Part shown: in pieces, positions 1-10,891 of the stretch
Position numbering within the stretch: the first letter of the stretch is position 1
How the letters are laid out: every line of letters begins with the position of its first letter
Assembly (NCBI GenBank): GCA_907165135.1
Contig: OU015566.1
Span: 5,828,001 to 5,892,000, forward strand
Reading direction: 5' to 3'
Origin: Oikopleura dioica
Lineage: Eukaryota > Animalia > Chordata
DNA: 64,000 nt
Translations under genes and position numbers: made by a program
Notes under the pieces: model-generated
The model's input: only the letters and a program-made list of their open reading frames with translations
Told to the model about the DNA's origin: nothing
The model's database searches: none

Positions 1-36
1 GATAAAAGGCATTTGTTCATTACCTAGGAGCATAAC

Positions 37-982
37 TAGGTAAACTTGATGAAAAATGAGCTCTTTTTAGAGCTTATAAATCAGGGAGTATAATACAGTT
101 TTAGAATCCTCAGAAGCTGGGGATCATTTTGACTATTGACACTTTGGGGTTTTGCTCATGCCCGGAGGGGTTTTAGGCCTTCCAAAGTCCCAAAATTTGA
201 CCAATCTCGGTTAGAGGCTCATAACTTTCCTTCTCCCCACTTCTGGAGCAAGCCCACTGTATGAGCTTGTAGAGGAGGCTCTGCCGGTTCAGAAAATGTA
301 TAGAAAACCACCGGACACCCCCCATTCTAGAGGCTCTAGAAGGTCTGGAAGTTTGGGAAGTCACAGGAAAATCAGTACTTTTTTACGAAAATAGAGTAAA
401 AGTTCAATATTTTCATCGGACATTGTTAGAAAAACGTTTTTACTGACTTTCTGACGCACAAAATTTACTCTGGGTTCATTTGAGGTCACGTGGGGTCATA
501 TTGTGAGAAAAAATTGAATTTCGTAAAAACTCACCCCAAAACGACCCCAAACTAAATTTTGTGCGACATAAAGTCAGTAAATACGTTTTCTTACGATTTC
601 CGATGAAAATATTGCACTTTGACTCTATTTCCGTAAAATAGTACTGATTTTCCGTTGACTTCTTCAACTTCCGGGCCCTCCAGAGCCTCTAGAATGGGGG
701 GTGTCCGGTGGTTTTTTATACATTTTCTGAACCGTCAGAGCCTCCTCTACAAGCTCATATAGTGAGCTTTCTCTAGAAGTGGGGAGAAGAAAAGTTATGA
801 GCCTCTAACCGAGATTGGCCAAATTTTGGGACTTTCGAAGGCCTAAAACCCCTCAGGGCATGAGCAAAACCCCAAAGTGTCAATAGTCAAAATGATCCCC
901 AGCTTCTGAGGATTCTAAAACTGTATTATACTCCCTGATTTATAAGCTCTAAAAAGAGCTCATTTTTCATCAAGTTTACCTA
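37..982. mobile_element. Non-autonomous hAT-like foldback element/MITE
   Basis: Long imperfect inverted arms (about 37-353 vs 666-982) starting TAGGTAAAC and ending GTTTACCTA. An identical 8-bp direct repeat AGCATAAC flanks it (29-36 and 983-990). No transposase ORF inside. Confidence 0.85.
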
Positions 983-1792
983 AGCATAACAGTTATCCAA
1001 AAAAGTGAACCTAATGTAAGGTAAGTGCGCTGTTGAATATCTGTGGCAAATCCGTGCTCAGTTAAGCTCAATTTCTCGGTGATTTTTTTCTTCATGGTTT
1101 TCTTTTTTAAATCGTGCTTTTGCGTATGAATACTGCGAGTAGAAAGAACTTCTTCGGTAAATAAATATACTTTTCCTTCTTTCTGCTTGAGAATGCCAAT
1201 ACAGTGGCAATCGAGACACTTTTTTAACGTTAAAATAAAGCTCGATCAATACACTTGAACCTGAATCTTTGGCTGTGATATATTTTGGCCATTTTTTCCG
1301 TTGTCTTCTTCAATTATCATTGTTTCTCTCAAAAAGAAACGACTTTGGTAGGGCAAAGTTTACTTCAATCAAGTTCGTTGCCGCCTTTCACATTTAAAAG
1401 CTGTCACTATTGTTCTGCTTTGATGGTCGACGAAATGCCATGCGGACTAAGTTTTCAAGTTTTTCGCGGTTTCAAGTGCTTTTCAATATGGTATTGTTTA
1501 TGATCCTAACGTGCAGGAAGACCGCTTCGAAACTGATAGTTAAGTGGCACAATAGTCAAAGGAAGCATGAAGAACTTCTACTACTTCATTGAAGAAGAAC
1601 GAGAGCTCTTGTATCATTACCGCCTCTTCTTAATAGTCTGAGCGGCTATAGAATAGATTCATCGCCACAAGCAAAATCCTGTGTTTGGGTTAATACCGTG
1701 TAGGCTAAAAAGTGCGTTGGCGAAATGCGTGGTAGCTTCAAAATCCTGGATCCTGAAAACGGATCTTTCGCGAAATCGACGATTGCTGAAAA

Positions 1793-2848
1793 ATGAAGTT
1801 TTTGAAAATCAAAAGACCGCCAACTGAAGACGAATTTCAAGGAATGTTTCAAAAGAGAATATTTCCTCAATTTATTTACTTTTCGAAACGTTTAAAAGCT
1901 CTCTTACCTTCAGGAACAATTGAATCCCCACAATTGGTGACTTTCCAAGGGTCCAAGCTCAACAGTAAAAATTTCTTTTTGTTGGCTCGTGTTGGCTATA
2001 AAGGAAGCTGGTTTTACCCGCGGCTCCCCTCCGAGATAGAAGAAACTGGCGATAAAGGTAAAAGTGAAACGGAAGATCATTCTCAATCTATTTTAGTTTG
2101 GCCAGCAAAGATGCGATTTCAGTGTGCTCAACGAAGGAAAGAAAGAAAAACTCGGACTTGCTCGGCGAAACTTTGGCTTTTCACGAAAAAACGAAACGTC
2201 TTCGACGATGATTTTTTCAATCGAGAGAACATGAAGCTTGGAGCAATTGAACATGTCGGTTTTCATCTCGAAACCTGCGTTTCTGAAGAAATTTGGAAAG
2301 AATCTGTCCTCAAATATGCCTATTTCAAGGCGCAGTTGAACAGAACCAAAGAAGAAGCCCTCAAACATGCAGCTCTCATAAGGTCAGTTTTAGAGAAAAA
2401 TCATGAAAAACTTATAAATACTGGTAGATCGGTCGAAGTTGAGCTCCTGCTTTCCGACATTGCCCGATCCGAAATTTTCGATCCTCAAACCAGCAAAAAT
2501 ATTCAAAGCTCGTCACGTGACTTCGAAAAGAAATACAAAAATGGAGTCTTCGATGAGAAAACAGTTAACCCACCGCGACAAGCTCCTCCTAAAAAGATTG
2601 CGAAAGTCAAGCCAAAATCGCCAGTTCAAAACAAAACCGCTAGCCCGATAAAATGCCCAGTCAAAATTTTAATTCCATCTCCCGATTTATCATCTTCTGA
2701 ACCATCATCGCCCGAGCACGATTTGAACGAAACACGAGAAGTGCTAGAGTTAGAGCTGGTTCCAACGTATTCAGCGTCTGAATCTGAAGGTTTATTCATT
2801 TATTCTTTAAAGCCGAAGAAAATGAAGAAAACTCTTGTTGAAGAGTAA
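1793..2848 (+). CDS. Uncharacterised 351-aa ORF with a possible FLYWCH/WRKY-like C-C-H-H motif and an S/P-rich tail
   Basis: Uninterrupted 1-kb ORF. It contains RFQCAQRRKERKTRTCSAKLW...EHVGFH. No family recognised with certainty. Confidence 0.45.
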   Translation: MKFLKIKRPPTEDEFQGMFQKRIFPQFIYFSKRLKALLPSGTIESPQLVTFQGSKLNSKNFFLLARVGYKGSWFYPRLPSEIEETGDKGKSETEDHSQSILVWPAKMRFQCAQRRKERKTRTCSAKLWLFTKKRNVFDDDFFNRENMKLGAIEHVGFHLETCVSEEIWKESVLKYAYFKAQLNRTKEEALKHAALIRSVLEKNHEKLINTGRSVEVELLLSDIARSEIFDPQTSKNIQSSSRDFEKKYKNGVFDEKTVNPPRQAPPKKIAKVKPKSPVQNKTASPIKCPVKILIPSPDLSSSEPSSPEHDLNETREVLELELVPTYSASESEGLFIYSLKPKKMKKTLVEE

Positions 2849-3230
2849 TCATTTGAGTTGAACCTAGTACTTTCCTTACTGCCCTTAATCAAACTGAAAT
2901 TCAATAAATACAAAAAATCCGAATTTTTTGTGCCTTTTTTGGCAAAATATACCGATGAAAGCAGACTCAAATCCAAGGTTACGTCACCAAGTTTATGAAG
3001 ATGCATAACATGATTTAATTATTCCGGATCCGGGATCAATTGAAATGTCACTGACAACGACAACGCTGAAGTTCGCAAATTGCGAACTTATTGTTATTTT
3101 AACAAGTCGGAGAATTATCTTGATTGTCACTTTTTGAAAAAAAAAAATTGGCATTTTTGAAAAAGCATGCTAGAGACGATATTGGCTTGAGCAAAAATAC
3201 GAAGAAAATAAACGAGAACGCTACTGGAAA

Positions 3231-4640
3231 ATGTTAATTGAACGAGCAAAATTTATATTCAGAAAGTCGATCACACGATATCTTTGTTTTTTCGGAGTTT
3301 TTGGAGCTTTATCGCTCATAAATTTCCCAAATCAAAAAATTGAACATGAAGCTGACACAACTGCTCTCTCCGAGAAAGGGATGACCTTGAAAAGTGCAAG
3401 AATTTCTTTGGAAAGAGAGATTCCTACATTGCTGATTGGCATTCCGACGGTCAGAAGAAACGGAGAAGCGTACCTCAGTGACACAATGGAGTATTTGCTG
3501 AGTGATCTAAATGACTTTACGGAGAATTTTTCAGACGCACTGGACATCAAAGTCCTTCTTTATGCCGGAGGTAACGCTTATCTTAAATTCATTTTATTCA
3601 TTCTTCTAGCCAGTGATGAAGAATACTTCTCCGAGCTGGTGGCCAAATACGAGTCGGGAACAACAAAAATCGCCGTTGCTTCTTCTGACTACTACGGGTC
3701 CGACCTGGTTGACATCAAGCACAACTGGGGCGACTCAGACGACCGCATCATTTGGAGAACCCGGCAATGCCTCGACTATCTTTTCATGTGGAACATAGGC
3801 CTCGATTACGACTACTTTCTTCAACTAGAAGATGATCTGGTCATTGACCGTGGATTCTTTCAATTTCTGATGATGCAAATTCAGCAAAGAAAAGACGACC
3901 AAGATTGGATCTCGCTTGAATTCTCCGGAATGGGCTTCATTGGAAAACTCTTCAGAAAATCAAGTCTACAAGAAATGGCCATTTATACGAGGCTATTTTA
4001 TCGAACAAAGCCGATAGATGTTATCTACTGGGATTTCGTAAAAATGAAAGCTTGTCTGTCCGCATGCGAGGCGAGTTGTAAATCATTGGTGGTCAAACTT
4101 GCAGTCCCAGTTCACGACAGAAAGTTTCTTCATCACGTGGGGCGAGTTTCATCGCTTGAAGGGAAGATTTCGCACTTGGGCGATTTGAATCCGACAATTG
4201 AGGAGGAAAAAATCGCGACAAATTTGAACAAAAAAGATGTTCTTGAATTTTATTATGGAAAGAAAGATCTTTTGATTCAAGCTTCAAAAGAGGACACAAC
4301 GATGGAATTTTACTTCAGCCATCTTCAGTCTCCTTAGAGTCTTGTTATAACCTCTGGAAACGAGCAGTTGATTCCAGTTCATATGAAAATTGACATGTTA
4401 ATTTCTGGCGAACAAATGAGCTGGACGAATAACCCGCCCGGACAAGCTTGTTCTTTTGATAAACGAGGTATTTTTCTCAAAGAAAAGCGCCTTCTCATGC
4501 TTGTTTTAAGAAAGAGGAAAGCTAGTTTGCGATCTTCAAGGACTCAATCCGAGCAAAAAGCTTGTAAAAGCGCTGAAACTTGTTATTCCCGCGAAAAGTC
4601 AAGTGATGCTCCGCAAAATAACTATTTCTTGTTAGATTGA
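3231..4640 (+). CDS. MGAT4: MGAT4-family N-acetylglucosaminyltransferase (GT54), with an in-frame TAG at 4335-4337
   Basis: Type II anchor, IGIPTVRR, WRTRQCLDY, LQLEDD, LEFSGMGFIGKLF and HHVGRVSSLEGK motifs. A 39-nt frame-preserving GT-AG intron lies at 3571-3609. The same frame continues after the TAG with ITSGNEQ. Confidence 0.85.
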
Positions 4641-4721
4641 AAGGATTGAAATCATTATTTTATCATTTAATCATTAGTTTATTGTTGGTTTTTCTCGGCT
4701 CGACACAATTTCAGGAGTTAA

Positions 4722-5116
4722 GGGGGTAGAACTAGATTTTAGGAAAAACCGTGATTTTCGGGAGGCACTTTTAATAAGAAAAACCTGTTTTTACTTATGA
4801 TTACGCAATTTCCTCAAAAATGTTGCTAGATAAATGGTTAAACTATCTTAAAATGAGATTTAAAAAATTTGGCTAGTCACGTGACTCGATAAATTTGAGG
4901 ACGCGAATACGCTAAAATTGCGATTTTCGAAGAGGTGGGTTGACGTTTCGCTCTCTAGCGCCAAAATGGGTTGACGAAAAAAAATTTTAAGAAAAACGTT
5001 GTTAGATCTAAGTTTGTTCTTTCTTCAACCGAAGAGAGAATTTGAAAATCTCAGCTCTCCTGGCTTTGAGCGCCGGTCTAGAATCGGCTATTTTCGAAAA
5101 ACCTAGTTCTACCCCC
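4722..5116. mobile_element. TTAA-flanked MITE with GG...CC termini (Kolobok-like)
   Basis: TIR GGGGGTAGAACTAG / CTAGTTCTACCCCC with TTAA on both sides (4718-4721, 5117-5120). Confidence 0.8.
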
Positions 5117-5120
5117 TTAA

Positions 5121-5337
5121 GAAGATTTGGAGTAACAAAACTTGGAGCAACCGAAATTTTCAAACCGATTTTTAAGGGTGTTAAGGGCCTACCGGCCCCC
5201 TCAAACCCTGGGGAAAACCCGGCTTTGGGCCCGGGCTTTCTTTTTGCCGAGTCAGATACCCTTAATTATGACTTTAACACCCTTAAAAATCGGTTTGAAA
5301 ATTTCGGTTGCTCCAGGTTTTGTTACTCCAAATCTTC
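5121..5337. mobile_element. Foldback element adjacent to or hosting the previous MITE
   Basis: Near-perfect inverted arms GAAGATTTGGAGTAACAAAAC...GTTTTGTTACTCCAAATCTTC bounded by TTAA. The palindromy extends to CAATTTCAGGAG (4706) and CTCCTGAAATTG (5353). Confidence 0.75.
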
Positions 5338-5537
5338 TTAACTCCTGAAATTGACTTTTGCCCTTTTTCTCATACGAATCTGTAATCGAACAAAACTGCT
5401 ATCAAAAAATAGAAGATATTTTAGTTATAAGCCTATTTATCATCTTTATGTCTTTTCAAATAAATTGATTTTATCAGATGTAAGTTATCCTTAATTTTAT
5501 TGTCATTTTTTAAACAGCTGCAAATTTTATACAGCTT

Positions 5538-6978
5538 TTAAGCTGTGCAGAAGTTTTCAGTTGCCAGAAACATGATCGGGCGTGGAATAAGTTGCTGCAT
5601 GCCTCCAATCCTTTCCGTCCTTATTTCGTTGTCGGAAAAATCCACTCGTTGAATTGGGAGATCCTCTTGGAAGGTTTTGCCGGAGAAGACGTAGAGAGAC
5701 GCGCCGATCCAAATTGATGATGTCAGTTCGACCGGCTGAAAATTGGATAATCAATGAAATACAATCAAAATAAACCGTGAGAAGATCTCCGACGTACGAC
5801 CATTCTCCAGTCTCAGCAGACAGCTTCCAGATAGCTTTCGACAATTCATGAGGATCTCTTCCTGCGATAGTCAACAGGGATCCGTCGCTCAGTCCGACGG
5901 ACGAATGAGAATGCAGCTGCCTTAATTATTTTTTAGAAGAGTAGATTTAAAACCTACTTACAAAGGATGATCGATCAGATTGGACCAGCCGTTTTCAACA
6001 TCGGAGCCTTCAAAATGTAACGTCTCTACTTTTGTATGAGCCGAGTGATTCGAGTCGATCATTCCACAGGTTGCTGTAGGTTTTCCTCTGTAGTAGGCAA
6101 GTGATGATTTTCGATGCTCGTATACTGTTGAGTAAGTTTCCGTGACAGCTTCTCCTTCAACATCGAAAATGGTGCATCTTTTCATGTCTTCATCCACGTC
6201 CCAGTGTCCTCCAAAGCAAACAAGTGCTGTAAAAATTTTCAACTTATGTTCTATTTGATAAAAATCCAACCTCCGGAATTATCAGAGAGTCCGAGAACGG
6301 AGCCTCCATGAGCGTCGAAGTCGAAACTGAGAGCTACCGACAGTTCTTTGAATTGACAATCTTCAAGTTTTCCAATCTAAAATAAGCATAAACTCGCGTT
6401 TATTTTCCATAAAGTCACTTACCCTTCGAGGCGCGATAAGATTCACCCCGCCTGTACCGACGTTGTAGCTTCCTCCAAAGAAGTACAACTCTCCTCGAAT
6501 GACGGCATGGCCAGCATTGAGGAGCGTGTTGTGAATATTGGGCAAGACTGGCGCGCTAACTCGCGAACTTCCGTCGCCAGAAATGAGGAAAGACAGGTAT
6601 GTGTTGTGTTGGAGGCCGAAAATGAATGTGTCCCTCTACAAACATGTATTTATAATGGCTTGATTATAAGATACTTACTGGAAGTGGTCCTTCCTTCCAA
6701 TCAGGAGTCTGATTGTAGCGCTGGAGTAAAGGTGCATAATTATTGTAGTAGAAAAATATTAATTTTATCTCGTTTATGAAATCAGAAGCATTATTTGACC
6801 AAAAGATGATGAACCTTTTCTTGAAAAGATAAGCCTTTGTGTAATCGACACTTTCGAAACCTTTGTAATCTTCTTGCATCGTCAAAAGACCGACATTGGC
6901 GAAACATCTGAATAAAAAATTCAATAAACAGATATTTTCCCGGTAAATTTGAGGCTCATAGATTATTGCTCCTACCAT
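5538..6978 (-). CDS. Kelch-like beta-propeller protein (multi-exon)
   Basis: HAVIRGELYFFGG, LVCFGG, SSLAYYRGKPTATCG, KVETL and WSNLIDHP segments. The last exon ends RPIMFLATENFCTA*, parallel to the gene at 17.4-19.0 kb. The 5' end is uncertain and may join the ORF at 7028-7624. Confidence 0.7.
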
Positions 6979-7027
6979 CTACTCGAAAAATTTCGTGAAA
7001 TTATGGAGAAAAATGTGCCTATTGAAC

Positions 7028-7624
7028 CTACTGATGGAATTCTTCGTGTGAAACTCCTAGCGGGTTGGAATCTTCATCAATTCCGTGCATCGAAACGAAG
7101 AATCGATCCTTTCCTCGGTCGAGAAATTCGCCCTGAACGAATCCTGATCTTCGAAATTGAACAACCGCCGCTTCTTTCTTTGTCGAATCATCTGCTGGTC
7201 GCTCGTAATACTGGGCTTCTACCCGGTAGTTTTCTTTTGTTCGATCACCAATGTTGATGACGATGTTGTTTTGGCCGATTGCTCGGAGAATCGATCGCTT
7301 ACAGTAAGTCCGATCGAATCTGTAAAAAAACAATGATGAAAATTATCGTTACATTTTTTTAATCTACCTGAGCATTCCGACATATCCATCTTCTTTATTC
7401 AAATACGGCAAGTTCCATTTCCTGGCCACGACCTGAGCGCTCAGGGAGTACTCGCTATTTATCATTTCTCTGTATCGAATCTGCTCCCCTCTTCCGATCC
7501 AATCAAACTTTGATGAATTCTTGCAGATCATTGAAGAACTTCCAGGCGTTGTATCATCACAGGAACCCTTATCCCACGCATTTGCTGACGCGAGGAGGGA
7601 ACTAAGAGATGTCAGGAGCTTCAT
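7028..7624 (-). CDS. Secreted protein of unknown family (or N-terminal part of the kelch-like gene)
   Basis: Signal-peptide-like MKLLTSLSSLLASANA. Two ORF segments are separated by a short intron at about 7320-7365. Confidence 0.5.
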
Positions 7625-7963
7625 CGTGCTTCACTTTGAAAAACCACAAACTAATTCAATTAATCTTGGGTCCAAAAATATTTTCTGGACAGAAAAATCA
7701 CCGATCTTTCCGGTGATTTTTGGTAGAAGAGCTGAGAAGTTCACTCTTTATATACCTGATTTGTAATAGGATAGCGATGAAAGTCAATGTTTAGACGAGG
7801 AGGATTATCTTCGTCTCCGGTTGACAGGATTTTTGAGCGTTTAGAAAATCAGTCGAAGGCCATATTTACCTGGATAATTCAAATTATGTAACGGACGTGG
7901 AGACGTATCATTTTGCCCTAGATCTTTGAGAAAAAGTTCGAAATCCAACGATTACATTCGAAT

Positions 7964-9844
7964 TTATACAGTGGTCTTTATTACATCGAAAACATTTGGC
8001 GAGAAGCAGACATTCCCAACAACAGCTTGTTGATATGGAGAATTGATATTTACAGGGCTGCTCTATCGAATGTTTGATCAAAACTGGGTGTCCTTTACTT
8101 CAGTTGAACATGTTTTTCGCCCGGGACTTTCGGAAAAGTCTTCTTCGTAGACATCTTTGCGATCTCTGGAAAGTTTTTTAGCAAGAAGTTTTTCTTAATC
8201 CCTCAAACCTGAGGATAAATAGATAGACACAAAGTCCGACAATGACACATATTGTTGGAACGACTGTAGAAATGATGATTATGCAAGTGTGGTCACATCC
8301 ACCGTCTGAATCATCTTTTACTGTGTTCTGACTCGTTGTTGTCGATGTTGACAGTGATGTAGTGCTTGGTGTTGGTGGAGAGGATGTTGAACTTGATGTT
8401 GTTGAAGTTATTGAAGATGCTGTTGTCGTTGAAGTTGATGTTGAAGATGATGTAGAGCTTGTTGTTGACATTGTAGTCGCTGTAGATGTAGTTGTGGAAG
8501 CAGTTGTCGTTAAGATTCTTGTTGTTGATGTTGTAGTTTTTGCCGTTGTTGTTGTTGTTGTTGTTGATGTCGATGCTGTTTGAGTTGATGTTTGAGTGGA
8601 AGTTTCTGACGAAGCAGTCGTCGGAATCGGAGGTTCGGTAGTTGGGACGGATTCCGTTGTTGACAAAACTTGTTCGGTTGTTTTTTCAGCAAAAGTTGTA
8701 TCTAGTACTTCTGTTGTAGCATATTCTGTTGTGGTCTCGATTTCAGGGCATATCTAATACGCAAACTTAGGAAGTACGTGTTCTTTGATAAGTACCTGAT
8801 TATCCAAACAAGGTCGTTGAGTGATTACATTATTACAATTATCCTTTGAACAACTTTCCTTGCACGTTTCTTCACGATAGAATCCATCGTCGCCGTGGTT
8901 TATTTCAAAACACGTGGGGTCGTCTTCAAAATTGCTCTTGAAGCTGGAGCAACCTTTGTTTAGCTGGTGAGAATATGTGCCATCGAACTAGAAAGTCTAT
9001 TTTAAACAAGCAATAAAATAAGCGTGAACTTCCGGTGAGAACTTTACTTTTTCCGTGGGAGTTTCACAAAATCAGTCTCCGATCAATTTGACCTAGTCAT
9101 GGTTAAAAACAGAATTAATGAATAGATCATGGACTAAGGTGTATCAAAGTTAATGCGACAGAAAGGCGCCGAATTTTATATGCGAAAAATCAGAATATTT
9201 GGCAAATATAAACTCTATCAATTACTTTCAAAAAGCGAGCGTTGGCATTCACTATCTAACCTCGCGTGTGTATGCTGCAGTAAAACAGCTTGTATCGGCG
9301 TATGCGGGACAATCAATGGTTTCTTCATTTTCGCACTCAAGGTCGTTGTACGCGCCGACTTTCGTTTCACTGCAGGTTCTGCAGGATTTGACAGTTCCTG
9401 TCGAATATTCTGAGAGGACTTCTTCGTTTGTTCTTGAGTCGTTGCAGCCATCTTCTTGACAAACCGTCTTGCAATCTTTGGTCTTTATTGAAAATAGTCA
9501 AAACTCGAAACTAAAAGAGATACCTCAAAGCCTATCTCATCACTATCATCAGATTCTTTACATCCAAGAGATCCGATAGAACCTGCTGCTGCGCACTTTC
9601 GAGTCATCGAAGAAACAAGCATTCCATCGAACCGAAAATCAACCATTACTGATGTAACGCAAAAATCTTCTCCGATTTTACAATCTCTTGGCAAAATGGT
9701 TGAAGAATTTTCCGGATTTTCCCAGCATTCTTGGTTCCTTTCATCTTTAAATCCGGTATGATCTCTTTCTCCTGTACAAACGAAGCATTTTACTGCATCA
9801 GCTGCTCCACAAAAAGCCGCAATAAAGATAATCGTCAATTTCAT
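7964..9844 (-). CDS. Membrane protein: two Ly6/uPAR-like (three-finger) Cys domains, Thr-rich mucin stalk, TM helix, cytoplasmic tail
   Basis: Signal peptide, KCFVC...CQEDGCN and SCRTC...CSKDNCN domains, a poly-Thr stalk (8340-8750) and TM IIIISTVVPTICVIVGLCVYLFIL. Exons join at GT-AG sites. The tail exons are less certain. Confidence 0.75.
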
Positions 9845-10217
9845 TTTCCCAGAATTACTATTGCATTACTCCTCTATGATTGCGATAAATGAAGATTATA
9901 GTGCGCGCGCCTGCACCACTTTGTAGTTGATATTTAGCGAGGAATTAATAAATGGCGCTTACGGTCAGGAAAGGGAAGCGGCGCTCCGCGTTCTGGTTTC
10001 CTTCTGAACTTTAAGAATCGTCTCCATCGATGGAATTTTTATGACTCGCGTAAAAATCACCATTGATGTCATGTTCCTGGGAAGGCCAAGTTTGCCTTCG
10101 CGGCGGGGCTCCTGGGTAGGGCTTTACTGCTTAGTAAACCCTCTGATTTTTGACTTGAATAATATGATGTCATGAAAATCATTCAAAGTCAGATTCAGGG
10201 TTCCAATTTTAGTTGAG

Positions 10218-10447
10218 TGTTGAGCGGTTTTTGAGCGTGGGCGAGCGGTGAGCTCAACTTGAGATAATTGAGCCGTCGAGCGGTGAATCATCATTTTTTT
10301 AGTGTTTTTGGTCGCTTGAGTGAGCAAATGAAAAAAATTTCACTGCTTAGAGTCCGCTCGCTCAGCTCACAGCTCTTTTTTGACAACCGTTTGCCCCGCT
10401 CAAAAATTTTACACGGTCGACCGCTCAGCCGCTCGCTCAGCTCAACA
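10218..10447. mobile_element. MITE-like inverted repeat with GAGCG/CGCTC subterminal repeats
   Basis: TGTTGAGC...GCTCAACA ends with mirrored GAGCG(G) and (C)CGCTC motifs. Confidence 0.6.
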
Positions 10448-10891
10448 TTTTTTCGATGAAAATTGGAACGCTGGTCAGATTTTTTCAAAGTCCACACTCG
10501 TTATTTCAAGGGAAACAGTAAAAACGCTTGCCCAAGCTCACTTATCAACAGGCCTTGAAAAAGTACAGACTACAGAAATTAAGATAGGCGTGATAAAAAA
10601 TCAACAGTAAACAATGATGGGCAGCAGTGGGCACATACTCGAAATTTTGAGATAATTATTATTTGTTTTTACTCGATTGGAGGCTTCAGAATCTGACTTA
10701 TCTTTAAATCCAGTATAAAAATAAAATGCAGCTTAACTAAATGCTTACTTCACATTTTCAGCGTGAAACAAGCGATGAAAACATGTTTGGCAGCACTGAT
10801 AATCAACTGTTTGTTTAGCCGATTTATAAATATCGGGGAAATCAGAACGATCAAGTTGAAATAAGTTTTATTTTCATATTTCTTTCGAGAG

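Noticed and set aside
5042-5348. ORFs on both strands with similar translations (also at 173-364, 16077-16382 and 51469-51949)
   Set aside because: They are a by-product of inverted-repeat MITE sequence.
8362-8692. Val-rich and poly-Gln ORFs, with similar ones at 13100-13464 and 45521-45949
   Set aside because: They are off-frame readings of Thr-rich mucin repeats.
9985-10030. TTCTGGTTTCCTTC resembling the U5 snRNA 5' end
   Set aside because: The invariant U5 loop 1 (GCCTTTTAC) is absent.
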